The notes: generated from the letters alone by a model not told the origin. DNA of 64,000 bases from an uncultured Ectothiorhodospiraceae bacterium (GCA_937867305.1 CALMKJ010000022.1:23258-87257); one strand, 5' to 3'; counted from the stretch's first letter, positions 1 through 8,477 are shown. Numbers and translations: made by a program.

Positions 1-645
1 TGCGGTCGCGAAGGGATTCGCCTCCCGCGCCCGCGCCAGGAGCGTCTGCACCACTTCATGGACCGGCAGGCCCCGGGGCACGTCGACCCCGAAAAAGGAA
101 CCCGCCTGCTGGGCGGCGATGAGTATCGCCGCGCCCGCGGTGAAGCCCAGGACCACGGAGTGCGAAATGAAGTTGGCGAGCGCCCCCAGCCGGGCGAGGC
201 CCATGGCCAGCTCGATCGCCCCCACCAGGAGGGTCAGCGTCAGCGCGAGGCGGACATAGTCGGCGCTGCCCGGCTCAGCCAGGCCGCTCAGGCTGGAGAA
301 GAGGACGATGGAGGCGGTCGTGGTCGGCCCGGACACCAGGTGCCAGGAGGAGCCCCAGAGCGCAGCCACGATGGCCGGCACCATCCCGGCGTACAGCCCG
401 TACTCCGGGGGCATGCCGGCCACGGTGGCGAGGGCGACCCCCTGGGGGAGCACGACGACGGCGCCGGTGAGACCGGCTGCCAGGTCAGAGCGCAGGGACC
501 GGGCGTCGACCCGCTCACGCCAGGCGAGAAAGGGGAACAGCCTTGCGAGCCAGCGAGACCCGTGCCGGTGGCGGACGCCGGTGGGGCCGGGTGAGGGGGC
601 GGGTGAGGGGCCGGCAGACTGCCCCTCGCGGGAGGAATGGGTCAT
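1..645 (-). CDS. SulP/SLC26 family anion (sulfate) permease, 5' part (runs off the window)
   Basis: Manual translation from ATG at 645 (absent from the ORF track): RWLARLFPFLAW...DLAAGLTGAVVVLPQGVALATVAGMPPEYGLYAGMVPAIVAALWGSSWHLVSGPT, the SulP signature; GGAGAG upstream. Confidence 0.92.
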   Translation of the reverse strand, partial: MTHSSREGQSAGPSPAPSPGPTGVRHRHGSRWLARLFPFLAWRERVDARSLRSDLAAGLTGAVVVLPQGVALATVAGMPPEYGLYAGMVPAIVAALWGSSWHLVSGPTTTASIVLFSSLSGLAEPGSADYVRLALTLTLLVGAIELAMGLARLGALANFISHSVVLGFTAGAAILIAAQQAGSFFGVDVPRGLPVHEVVQTLLARAREANPFATA

Positions 646-767
646 GGGCTCTCTCCGGCCTTCCTCGAGGGCGTTCCCGCGGGGGCCGTCACTCTCGGGT
701 CCCTCGGGAAACGGTCCTGACCGATTTCTTGAAGTCTAGCCCCGGAGACGGGCGCGGAGTCTCGCGG

Positions 768-796
768 TTGCCTGCCGGCGGGTGTCCCTATAGCCT
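768..796 (+). promoter_or_regulatory. possible sigma70 promoter for sor
   Basis: TTGCCT-17 nt-TAGCCT, 150 nt upstream of the sor ATG. Confidence 0.35.
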
Positions 797-945
797 TGGC
801 CCCGAGAGTCTTCGAGCGACCCGCGCGGTGTACGGGGCATCCCCCGGCGGGGCAGTTCGCCGCGACCCGCCGCAACCGCGAGCAGGGTGGTGCCGGTCTC
901 CGCGGGGCCGGCGGTGTGAGTCGACCCCAAATGAGGGAGCAGCTG

Positions 946-1986
946 ATGGCACACAAGAGCAGCGATCTGGAGCGCAGGAAATTCCTCAAGATGACCGCCA
1001 TGGCGGCTGGAGGTGCGACGATGATGGGTGTGAGCGGGCGGACTGTGGCGGCCCCGCAGGCGCTGGACGAGCCCGACAGCCCCATCTATCTCGCCCTGAA
1101 TATCTCTCGGGTACTCAACAACGAAGAGAGCTTCCGACTGATGCGCGAGGTCGGGCCGAAGGTGTGCATCACCACGGCATCCCACCCCGGTTTCCTGGGC
1201 TTCCAGGCCAACGTGCAGACCGGTGCCATGTCCATTGCGGGCCGCTACGGCGGGGCCAGGGTGGACATGGACAAGGAGCTCAACCCCATCGGGAACTACC
1301 AGTACACCATGTGGAAGACGTGGCAGGACCACGATGACTTCCACAGCCGGCAGTTCAAGCGGGTCTTCGAGCTCTGCACGGCGTGCCTGCCCACCGTGGT
1401 CGAGGGACCGTGGGAGCCGGTCTACCGGGTCGTCAGGGCGAAGATCCCCCAGGTCCGCTCCATGGGCGAGATCACGAAGCTCGCCCAGGACCTCCAGCAG
1501 GGCAAGGATTTCGTGCGCTTCGCCACCCCGGGTCGCTGCGTCACGCTGGCTCCCCACACGGTCAAGCCCGGGGCGGAGGCCGCCTTCGAGAAAGGGGTGG
1601 TGGACACCCTGGAGGCCCTCTCGGATTCCACGGGGTTCCTGGGCTACATGGTGCTCAAGCAGATGGGGGTCTGCGCCCTCGGCAGCCTGATGCTGGACCC
1701 CGAGTCCATGGCCCAGGCCCTGATGACGCTGGGCGCCAACCCGCCGGACAACCCCAGGCCGGCCTTTGCCACTCCCGACGCCCGGCCCACCCCGCCGGAC
1801 TACCTGGTGCACACGGAGTGGGATTCGCCCGAGCTGGCCAAGCTCGGTTTCGCCAAGGTCCTGGTCAACCACCGGATCCGGAAGATCCACGACGATGGGG
1901 TCATGGCGCACCTCATCAAGGGCCCCTACATCAAGTTCTTCCGTCCCATGATGGAAGAGCCCGGCTGGCGCGACCATCTGCGCTGA
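946..1986 (+). CDS. sor: sulfur oxygenase reductase (SOR) family protein with Tat signal peptide
   Basis: VGPKVC, HPGFLGFQ, RYGGA, QYTMWK, HDDFH (H-x3-H), CTAC (CxxC) and GPWEP motifs of SOR; N-terminal ERRKFLK plus hydrophobic stretch; RBS GAGGGA before ATG 946. Confidence 0.92.
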   Translation: MAHKSSDLERRKFLKMTAMAAGGATMMGVSGRTVAAPQALDEPDSPIYLALNISRVLNNEESFRLMREVGPKVCITTASHPGFLGFQANVQTGAMSIAGRYGGARVDMDKELNPIGNYQYTMWKTWQDHDDFHSRQFKRVFELCTACLPTVVEGPWEPVYRVVRAKIPQVRSMGEITKLAQDLQQGKDFVRFATPGRCVTLAPHTVKPGAEAAFEKGVVDTLEALSDSTGFLGYMVLKQMGVCALGSLMLDPESMAQALMTLGANPPDNPRPAFATPDARPTPPDYLVHTEWDSPELAKLGFAKVLVNHRIRKIHDDGVMAHLIKGPYIKFFRPMMEEPGWRDHLR

Positions 1987-2004
1987 GAAGGTCAGCACGA
2001 GGGT

Positions 2005-2039
2005 CGGGCGGGCCCTGCCCACGCGGTGGGGCCCGCCCG
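2005..2039 (+). terminator. GC-rich stem-loop after sor (no U-tract)
   Basis: CGGGCGGGCCC (2005-2015) / GGGCCCGCCCG (2029-2039) perfect inverted repeat. Confidence 0.4.
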
Positions 2040-2114
2040 CAGTCTGCAGGCCCCAGCCCTGCCTGACCCGTTTCGCCTCACCAAGCCATTTCCTACCCTA
2101 GAGGAGAGCCGCCC

Positions 2115-2318
2115 ATGGCAACCCGCAAGCCCAACTACGCATTCGAGCGCAACCAGCGCACCAAGGCCAAGGCCGCCAAACGCCAGGCCAAACAACAGGC
2201 GAAAACGGAGGCGAGGCGCCGCGAGACTCCGGGCGAGCCGGCGGGTGCCCCATCCGCAGACCACGAGTCCGGCAGCGACGCGGCCGAGGACGAGGGTGGG
2301 GAGTCCGAGGGCGCGTAG
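2115..2318 (+). CDS. small hypothetical protein, basic N-terminus and acidic tail
   Basis: GAGGAG RBS; MATRKPNYAFERNQRTKAKAAK... resembles a small K-P-N-Y-x-F-E-[KR] protein type. Confidence 0.7.
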   Translation: MATRKPNYAFERNQRTKAKAAKRQAKQQAKTEARRRETPGEPAGAPSADHESGSDAAEDEGGESEGA

Positions 2319-2388
2319 GGGGCTCGAGAACTGGAGCAGAACCGCGCCCGTATACGGATGACCTTTCAGCAACGCAGGAGGGTGAGCC

Positions 2389-3327
2389 GTGCCCGTGCGT
2401 GACATCTCCGCGTGGACTCACGAGCACGTGTTCGACTCCGGCAACCGGGCCGGGGAGCGGGGTACGCGGGTCGTCACGTGGATCACCGCGGCCACCATGG
2501 TCGTCGAGATCGTGGCCGGCTGGGCCTACAACTCCATGGCGCTCCTGGCCGATGGATGGCACATGAGCTCGCACGCCGTTGCCATTGGCGTGAGCGCCTT
2601 TGCCTACGCGGCAGCCCGGCGCTACGCGGGTGACCCGCGCTTTGCCTTCGGGACCTGGAAGATCGAGATCCTCGGCGGTTTCGCGAGCGCCGTGTTCCTG
2701 CTCGTCGTCGCCGCCCTCATGGTCCTTGGCTCCGTGGAGCGCCTGGTGGTGCCGCAGGTCATCCACTATCCCGAGGCGATGGCCATCGCGGCGTTGGGCC
2801 TTGCGGTCAATCTCGTCTCGGCAGTGATCCTGGGCGACGCTCACGACCACCACGACGGGCCGGAGCACCAGGACCACGGGCCCCATCATCATCACGACCT
2901 GAACCTTCGGTCGGCCTACCTGCACGTCCTCGCGGACGCGGTGACCTCCGTGCTGGCGATGGTTGCCCTGGGTGGCGGTTGGCTGTACGGATGGTCGTGG
3001 CTCGACCCCCTGATGGGGCTCGTCGGAGCCGCCCTGGTCGCCCTCTGGGCACGTAACCTGCTGACGGAAACTGGAAAGGTGCTCCTCGACCGGGAGATGG
3101 ACCACACGGTGGTGGACGAGATCCGTAAAACGCTAGAGACGGGCTCCGACCGAGGGGGGACCCGGATCGCCGACCTGCACGTCTGGCGCGTTGGCAAGAA
3201 CGCCTACTCCTGCGCACTCAGCGTCGTGACGTACGATGCGAGCGTGAACCCGGCTCGCGTGCGGGAGTGGCTCTCCGTGCACCAGGAGATCGTGCATTCA
3301 ACCATCGAGGTGCACGTCGGCTCGTGA
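2389..3327 (+). CDS. dmeF: CDF-family Co/Ni efflux transporter DmeF
   Basis: SMALLADGWHMSSH, His-rich loop, DLNLRSAYLHVLADA, DLHVWRVG; AGGAGG RBS before GTG. Confidence 0.9.
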   Translation: MPVRDISAWTHEHVFDSGNRAGERGTRVVTWITAATMVVEIVAGWAYNSMALLADGWHMSSHAVAIGVSAFAYAAARRYAGDPRFAFGTWKIEILGGFASAVFLLVVAALMVLGSVERLVVPQVIHYPEAMAIAALGLAVNLVSAVILGDAHDHHDGPEHQDHGPHHHHDLNLRSAYLHVLADAVTSVLAMVALGGGWLYGWSWLDPLMGLVGAALVALWARNLLTETGKVLLDREMDHTVVDEIRKTLETGSDRGGTRIADLHVWRVGKNAYSCALSVVTYDASVNPARVREWLSVHQEIVHSTIEVHVGS

Positions 3328-3357
3328 CGGGGTCCGGCCGGCCGCAGGCGCGGTGAA

Positions 3358-3433
3358 TGGTGCCGGTTGAGGGAGTCGAACCCCCGGCCTGCCGCTTACA
3401 AGGCGGCTGCTCTACCAGCTGAGCTAAACCGGC
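3358..3433 (-). tRNA. tRNA-Thr(UGU)
   Basis: Reverse complement folds as a cloverleaf: GCCGGTT acceptor stem, AGCTGGTA D-loop, anticodon loop CT-TGT-AA, TTCGA T-loop, encoded CCA; 76 nt. Confidence 0.97.
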
Positions 3434-3443
3434 GTCGCGGCGG

Positions 3444-3473
3444 ATTCTAGGTGCCGGAGCGCGGTGGGTGCAA
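3444..3473 (-). promoter_or_regulatory. sigma70 promoter of tRNA-Thr
   Basis: minus strand TTGCAC-18 nt-TAGAAT followed by a GC-rich discriminator just upstream of the tRNA. Confidence 0.6.
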
Positions 3474-3494
3474 CGCGGGCCAGGGTCTGCTCCC

Positions 3495-3797
3495 TCAAGC
3501 GGCAGGCTCGGCAAGCTCCTCGACCCACTCGAAGCCGATCTCCCAGGCGTGGCCGTCCTGGTCGGCCCAGGTCTGGAACGACTCCCGGGCCTCCAGCAGT
3601 ACGTGCCGGCCCGGCGTGTGCCACTCCGGCTCCGGAACGTCGTCGTCGCAGGTGAACCCGACGGGCAGGCGTTGCGCAGTGACCGCCAGCTTCAACGCCT
3701 CCTCGCGGCTCGGCGCCTCGAGTAGCGCGTGATAGGTCTCCGCCAGGCCCCGGCCTTCCACGTCGCGGTAACTTGCCCAGATGCTCCAGCGTCTCAT
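3495..3797 (-). CDS. hypothetical protein (about 100 aa, Trp/acidic-rich)
   Basis: Protein-like composition and GC3-biased codons; start uncertain, no family recognised. Confidence 0.6.
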   Translation of the reverse strand: MRRWSIWASYRDVEGRGLAETYHALLEAPSREEALKLAVTAQRLPVGFTCDDDVPEPEWHTPGRHVLLEARESFQTWADQDGHAWEIGFEWVEELAEPAA

Positions 3798-4119
3798 GTC
3801 GGTGCGCTCGAATGGATGCCGACTCTCCCGATGCAACAACCGTGCACGGGGTGCCGAGAGGCCGCAATCACAAGGGGATGAGCCGTTCCTCCCTACGCTG
3901 TGTCGGCTCGCCCGTCAACTGTCTCGACAGCGCGTGCGCCCTGACCGGTCCAATCTGTGAAGGCCCTCACGGAGATCGGGGCATTTCCGGGCGCTCATCG
4001 GAAAACTTGACACGTGCTCGACGCCTTTTCAACTCCAGAGAACCTTTCAAGTCAACTGGTTCTGGAATGCATCTCAGATGAATTAGTATGGTCCAGGGTG
4101 GGTGACGGAGGGCGCGAGG

Positions 4120-4542
4120 ATGGCTGAAGGTGTTTCCCGCTTTTCCGCCGGGGTGGTCGTCCTGCGCCGGCAGGGGGAGACCTGCCGCTTCCTCCTCCTG
4201 CGTTCCTTCCGCTACTGGGACTTCCCGAAGGGTCAGGTGGAGCCGGGCGAGGAGCCCATCGACGCCGCCCGTCGCGAGGTGAGGGAGGAGACGGGCATCA
4301 CGGACCTGGATTTCCGCTGGGGGTTCGACTACCGGGACACCCCACCGTATGGGCGCGGCAAGGTGGCCCGTTACTACGTGGCGGAGACCGCAGAGCACCA
4401 CGTGACGCTCCCGGTGAACCCCGCACTCGGCCGTGCCGAGCACGAGGAGTTCCGGTGGGTGACCCGGGCCGCCGCGCGCGACCTGGTGGTCCCGCGGGTC
4501 GCCGCCATCCTGGACTGGGCGGTGTCCGTCGCCGGGTGCTGA
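4120..4542 (+). CDS. Nudix hydrolase (asymmetric Ap4A hydrolase-like)
   Basis: WDFPKGQVEPGEEPIDAARREVREETG Nudix box; SAGVV N-terminus; EH..FRW. Confidence 0.9.
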   Translation: MAEGVSRFSAGVVVLRRQGETCRFLLLRSFRYWDFPKGQVEPGEEPIDAARREVREETGITDLDFRWGFDYRDTPPYGRGKVARYYVAETAEHHVTLPVNPALGRAEHEEFRWVTRAAARDLVVPRVAAILDWAVSVAGC

Positions 4543-4640
4543 CCGGGCTCCCGGGTCGCGGGCTCGCCCGCACCGGTGCCGCCCCGGCAGGTGACCCGCC
4601 GGACGGCGCCGCAATGTCCTCCCGCCCTGGTTGAGAGGAG

Positions 4641-6182
4641 CTAGACTGCCCCGGCCCCGGCCGCTGGCGATTCCGCTGCCGCTGCCGGTCCGGGGGCTGC
4701 GGCGGGCCCCGGGGCCGCCGTCGCCCCGGGTGCCTCCACCCCGGACGGATTGGTGAAGCGGTCGTTCAAGCTCTGCACGTAGCGGTCCGCCTCGGCGAGA
4801 ACCGTGGCGAGTCTCCGGCGGGCGCGCTTGCCCCAGCCCGCCGGACGGGTGAAGAAGATCGAGCGCCAGGGGGCGGTGTTGCGCGCGAACGCTTTGCGCA
4901 GGGACTCCCGGGTGAGCAGGTGCGGGATGTCGGCGCCGAGCCGTTGGCCGATGCGCCGGGCGTGCACGCGCCGGGCGGTGAAGTGGGCGTACAGCGCCAG
5001 GGCAAGCGCGGCCAGCACCCCGAGCGCGGTCCCGAGGGTCCGGGCGAGAGGTACCTCGCCGCTGCGCCACGCATCGAGCGAGACGTTCTGCCAGAAACCC
5101 GTGTACAGGCCGAGGGCCAGGCCCAGGACCAGGAGGACACCGGCAATGGCGGCGTCGGTCCAGAGCACCCGGCGCTTCCAGGTCTCCTTGGCCTGGCGCA
5201 AGCGAGGCACCCAGTCGCCCTCGATGTTCTTCGCGGTCTTCTCCAGCACGCCCACGAGCCGGTAGGCGCGCTCCACCTCGACCTGGCGCATGCGGCCGTG
5301 GATCTCGGCCAGGTCCTGGTCGCGCTTGGCCTCGAAGCGCTGGCGCCTGACCGGGTCCTCGATGGGCACGGCGGCCTCGGGGCTGTAGATCCGGTAGAAG
5401 CGGCCGGCGGTGAGGCCGCGCTGGCCGAGGGCCCGCTGCCAGGCCGCAAACACCTCCTCGGGATTGTCCTCGCGCGCCGCGGTGTCGATCTGGTTCAGGA
5501 CGTAGAGGAACTTGTTGGAATCCGGCCGGTGGAAGGTGTTGGTGACCAGGTGCTCGAGGGTGTCCTGCATCGCCCCGGGCTCGGGGTGCCGGGCGTCGAA
5601 GAAGACCAGCACCAGGTCCGAGAGGTCCATGATGTGGTCGGTGATCCGCAGCGTCGACGTGCGCTGGGCATCGGCGTCGAATCCCGGGGAGTCGATCAGG
5701 ATCTTGCCCTTCAGTTTCTCGCTGGGGCAGGTCTTCAGCTGGAGGTAGGCGTCGACCCGCCGGCCCTCTCCGGTCGCGACGGCCTCGATGTCGGCGCTCA
5801 CCTGGTAGAAGGGGAAGCGCGGGTCGGCGTCGAGCGAAAGCCCGGGCAGGACGCGGCTCGTGCCGTCGTTGCTGTAGGTGATCACGGTGAACTTGTCGTC
5901 CACCGCCTGGTTCCCCGTGGACTGCAGCCGGGCCCCGAGGTAGTTGTTGATGAAGGTCGACTTGCCCGAGGAAAAGGTGCCCAGGACGGAGATGAGCGGC
6001 CACCAGGAGACCCGCGTGGCGTAGGACTCATCGCGATCGAGCAGTCCGAGGCGGTAGGCTACGGCGTCCAGCTCGCGGAAGCTGTGCACCGACTCGAGGA
6101 GGACCGGGTTCTCCCGCTCCAGGTGGTGCTCCAGGCTGCGGATGCGCTGCTCGATCGGACGGGGTTCGGCGGCGTGGCTCAT
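4641..6182 (-). CDS. dynamin-superfamily (EHD-like) P-loop NTPase with C-terminal TM hairpin
   Basis: GTFSSGKS P-loop, LIDSPG, NQID; two hydrophobic segments near the C-terminus. Confidence 0.85.
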   Translation of the reverse strand: MSHAAEPRPIEQRIRSLEHHLERENPVLLESVHSFRELDAVAYRLGLLDRDESYATRVSWWPLISVLGTFSSGKSTFINNYLGARLQSTGNQAVDDKFTVITYSNDGTSRVLPGLSLDADPRFPFYQVSADIEAVATGEGRRVDAYLQLKTCPSEKLKGKILIDSPGFDADAQRTSTLRITDHIMDLSDLVLVFFDARHPEPGAMQDTLEHLVTNTFHRPDSNKFLYVLNQIDTAAREDNPEEVFAAWQRALGQRGLTAGRFYRIYSPEAAVPIEDPVRRQRFEAKRDQDLAEIHGRMRQVEVERAYRLVGVLEKTAKNIEGDWVPRLRQAKETWKRRVLWTDAAIAGVLLVLGLALGLYTGFWQNVSLDAWRSGEVPLARTLGTALGVLAALALALYAHFTARRVHARRIGQRLGADIPHLLTRESLRKAFARNTAPWRSIFFTRPAGWGKRARRRLATVLAEADRYVQSLNDRFTNPSGVEAPGATAAPGPAAAPGPAAAAESPAAGAGAV

Positions 6183-6460
6183 CGTTGTGCTCCTGTGGCC
6201 GGCGCCAGGGCATCGGCGGCTGCGGTGGGCGTGGGTTTCTGGGAGAACCGCCCCGGCACCCGCTCGGGGCGTGGGGAGGTTTCCGGCACGGTCTGGTACT
6301 GCAAGGACGCGGGACCAGTATACCCCAGGGGTGGCCCGGGTCGTCGGCCGGGGAGGGGAAAGGGGGCGCCGGGGGAGAGATCCGGGGCCTGTGGCCGCGG
6401 GTCGCCCGGCTCCGGAAAGGGTGCGGACCGCGGGGGTGTTGCCCCCGGAGGCTGAGGCCC

Positions 6461-7174
6461 ATGCGATTCTCCTCGGCGCTGACCGAGGGCCGCCTGGCGC
6501 GGCGCTACCAGCGGTTCTTCGTGGACGTCGACCTGCCGGACGGCCGGCGGGTGACCGCCCACTGCCCGAACACGGGCTCGCTCATGGGTTGCGCGGACCC
6601 GGGGCTCCGGGTGTGGCTGAGCGACGTGTCCGGGGTGGGCCGCAAGCTGGACCTGCGCTGGGACCTCGTGGAGGTGGGGGGTGGCGCCCTCGTCGGTGTC
6701 AACACGCTCTTCGCCAACCGGCTGGTGCGCGAGGCCATCGGGGCGGGTGTGGTCCCGGAACTCGGGGGCTACGGGGAGGTGCGCGGGGAGGTCCGTTTCG
6801 GCAGTGAGGGAAGCCGGGTGGACCTGCTGCTGTCCCGCCCGGAGGGTGGGGCGCGCTGCTTCCTCGAGGTAAAGAATGTCACGGCCGCCGTTCAGGGGGG
6901 AGTTGCGCTCTTTCCCGACGCGGTGAGCCGTCGGGCGAGCAAGCACCTCCGGGAGCTGATGGCGGTGGTGGCGGGGGGTGAGCGGGCGGCCCTTCTGTTC
7001 TGCGTGCAGCGCGGCGACGTGGAGGAGGTCCGCCCTGCGGACGCCATCGACCCGGTCTACGGCCGCACGCTTCGGGAGGCCGTGGCCGCGGGAGTGGAGG
7101 TCCTGGCCTACCGCGCCCGCGTGAGCCTCGCGGGCATCGCGCTCACCGACCGGGTCCCCGTGGTCTGCGAGTGA
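6461..7174 (+). CDS. sfsA: DNA/RNA nuclease SfsA
   Basis: RRYQRF, AHCPNTGS, EVKNVT, FPDAVSRRASKHLREL. Confidence 0.95.
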   Translation: MRFSSALTEGRLARRYQRFFVDVDLPDGRRVTAHCPNTGSLMGCADPGLRVWLSDVSGVGRKLDLRWDLVEVGGGALVGVNTLFANRLVREAIGAGVVPELGGYGEVRGEVRFGSEGSRVDLLLSRPEGGARCFLEVKNVTAAVQGGVALFPDAVSRRASKHLRELMAVVAGGERAALLFCVQRGDVEEVRPADAIDPVYGRTLREAVAAGVEVLAYRARVSLAGIALTDRVPVVCE

Positions 7175-7199
7175 GCGCGAGGGGAGCGCGAGGGGAGCG
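7173..7199. repeat. 11-bp tandem repeat (about 2.5 copies) between convergent sfsA and moaC
   Basis: GAGCGCGAGGG x2 plus GAGCG. Confidence 0.7.
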
Positions 7200-7216
7200 G
7201 CCTCTCCCCGGAGCGG

Positions 7217-7708
7217 TCAGGGGGTCTCGGCCGGTGGGCGCCGCCAGGTGCCTGACTTGCCCCCGGATTTTTCCAGGAGCCGGATGTCGGTAAGGGTCAT
7301 CCCCCGGTCGACGGCCTTGCACATGTCGTACACGGTGAGCAACGCGACCTGCACCGCGGTGAGGGCCTCCATCTCCACGCCGGTGGGCCCTACCGTCTCG
7401 GCCCGCGCGCGGCAGTGGACCGATGGCGGGTCGTCGTGGGGCTCGAGATCGAGCTCGACCCGGGTGAGGGCGATGGGGTGGCAGAGCGGGACGAGGTCGG
7501 CGGTCCGCTTCGAGGCCATGATCCCGGCGACCCGGGCCACGCCGAGCACGTCGCCCTTCTTGTGGCCGCCCTCGACGATGAGGCGCAGGGTGGCGGGAGC
7601 CATCCGGATGGTGCCCTCGGCGACGGCGACTCGGTGGGTTGCAGGCTTGGGGCCGACGTCGACCATGTGGGCCTCGCCCGCGTCGTTGAAGTGGGTCAGC
7701 TCGCGCAT
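7217..7708 (-). CDS. moaC: cyclic pyranopterin monophosphate synthase MoaC
   Basis: [44 protein letters not shown]. Confidence 0.97.
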   Translation of the reverse strand: MRELTHFNDAGEAHMVDVGPKPATHRVAVAEGTIRMAPATLRLIVEGGHKKGDVLGVARVAGIMASKRTADLVPLCHPIALTRVELDLEPHDDPPSVHCRARAETVGPTGVEMEALTAVQVALLTVYDMCKAVDRGMTLTDIRLLEKSGGKSGTWRRPPAETP

Positions 7709-7783
7709 ACACTGTGCCTTGCGGTGCGGGGGCATACTGGACACCCCGGGGGGCAGCCCTCGGTGGGGCGGAAGGAGGTGAGG

Positions 7784-8017
7784 GTGGCAATCACGGTACG
7801 GTACTTTGCCAGCCTGAAGGAACGGATGGGAAGGGCCGGGGACTCCCTGGGACCGGGCGCCGCGGGCACGGTGCGGGAGGTCTGGGAGCAGGTGGGGGGC
7901 GGCGTGCCCCTGCCGCCCCACACGCTGGTGGCGGTCAACCTGGAGTACGTCGACCCCTCGCACCCGGTGCGCGACGGTGACGAGGTGGCCTTCTTCCCAC
8001 CCGTCACGGGGGGCTGA
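7784..8017 (+). CDS. moaD: molybdopterin synthase sulfur carrier MoaD
   Basis: [11 protein letters not shown]...[13 protein letters not shown]; AAGGAGGT RBS. Confidence 0.95.
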   Translation: MAITVRYFASLKERMGRAGDSLGPGAAGTVREVWEQVGGGVPLPPHTLVAVNLEYVDPSHPVRDGDEVAFFPPVTGG

Positions 8018-8021
8018 GCCC

Positions 8022-8477
8022 ATGCGGGTGGAGATTCGAACGACGCCCTTCGACCCCTGGTCCGAGCTCGCGGCCTGGACCTCGCCGGTGGGGGACTCCG
8101 GGGCGGGGGACTCCGGCGCGGCGGATGCCGGCGCCACGGCGGTGTTCGTGGGCACGACCCGCGATTTCAACGGCCCCCATGCCGTGCGGGAGATGACGCT
8201 CGAGCACTACCCGGGGATGACCGAGCGTTACCTCGAGCGCATCGCGGGGGAGGCCACGGAGCGCTGGGCACTTCTCGACGTCCTGGTCGTGCACCGGGTG
8301 GGGCAGCTGCTGCCCGGCGACCCCATCGTCCTCGTGGCCGCGCGGTCCGCCCACCGGGGGCCTGCCCTGGATGCCTGCCGCTACCTCATCGAGGAGCTGA
8401 AGCATCGGGCGCCCCTCTGGAAAAAAGAGGTGACCCCGGGGGGCGACCGCTGGGTGGAGAGCAATACGCCCGGTTGA
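8022..8477 (+). CDS. moaE: molybdopterin synthase catalytic subunit MoaE
   Basis: [31 protein letters not shown]. Confidence 0.96.
   Translation: MRVEIRTTPFDPWSELAAWTSPVGDSGAGDSGAADAGATAVFVGTTRDFNGPHAVREMTLEHYPGMTERYLERIAGEATERWALLDVLVVHRVGQLLPGDPIVLVAARSAHRGPALDACRYLIEELKHRAPLWKKEVTPGGDRWVESNTPG

Noticed and set aside
2325-2385. Possible NiCo riboswitch or metal-regulator operator upstream of dmeF (AACTGGAGCAG..., CCGTATACGG palindrome)
   Set aside because: Too short for the four-way NiCo fold, and the palindrome does not match an operator I can name
6319-6333. TATACCCCAGGGGT resembling a CsoR/RcnR-family operator
   Set aside because: Second half-site incomplete and the flanking genes are not metal- or sulfur-related; may just be a -10 element
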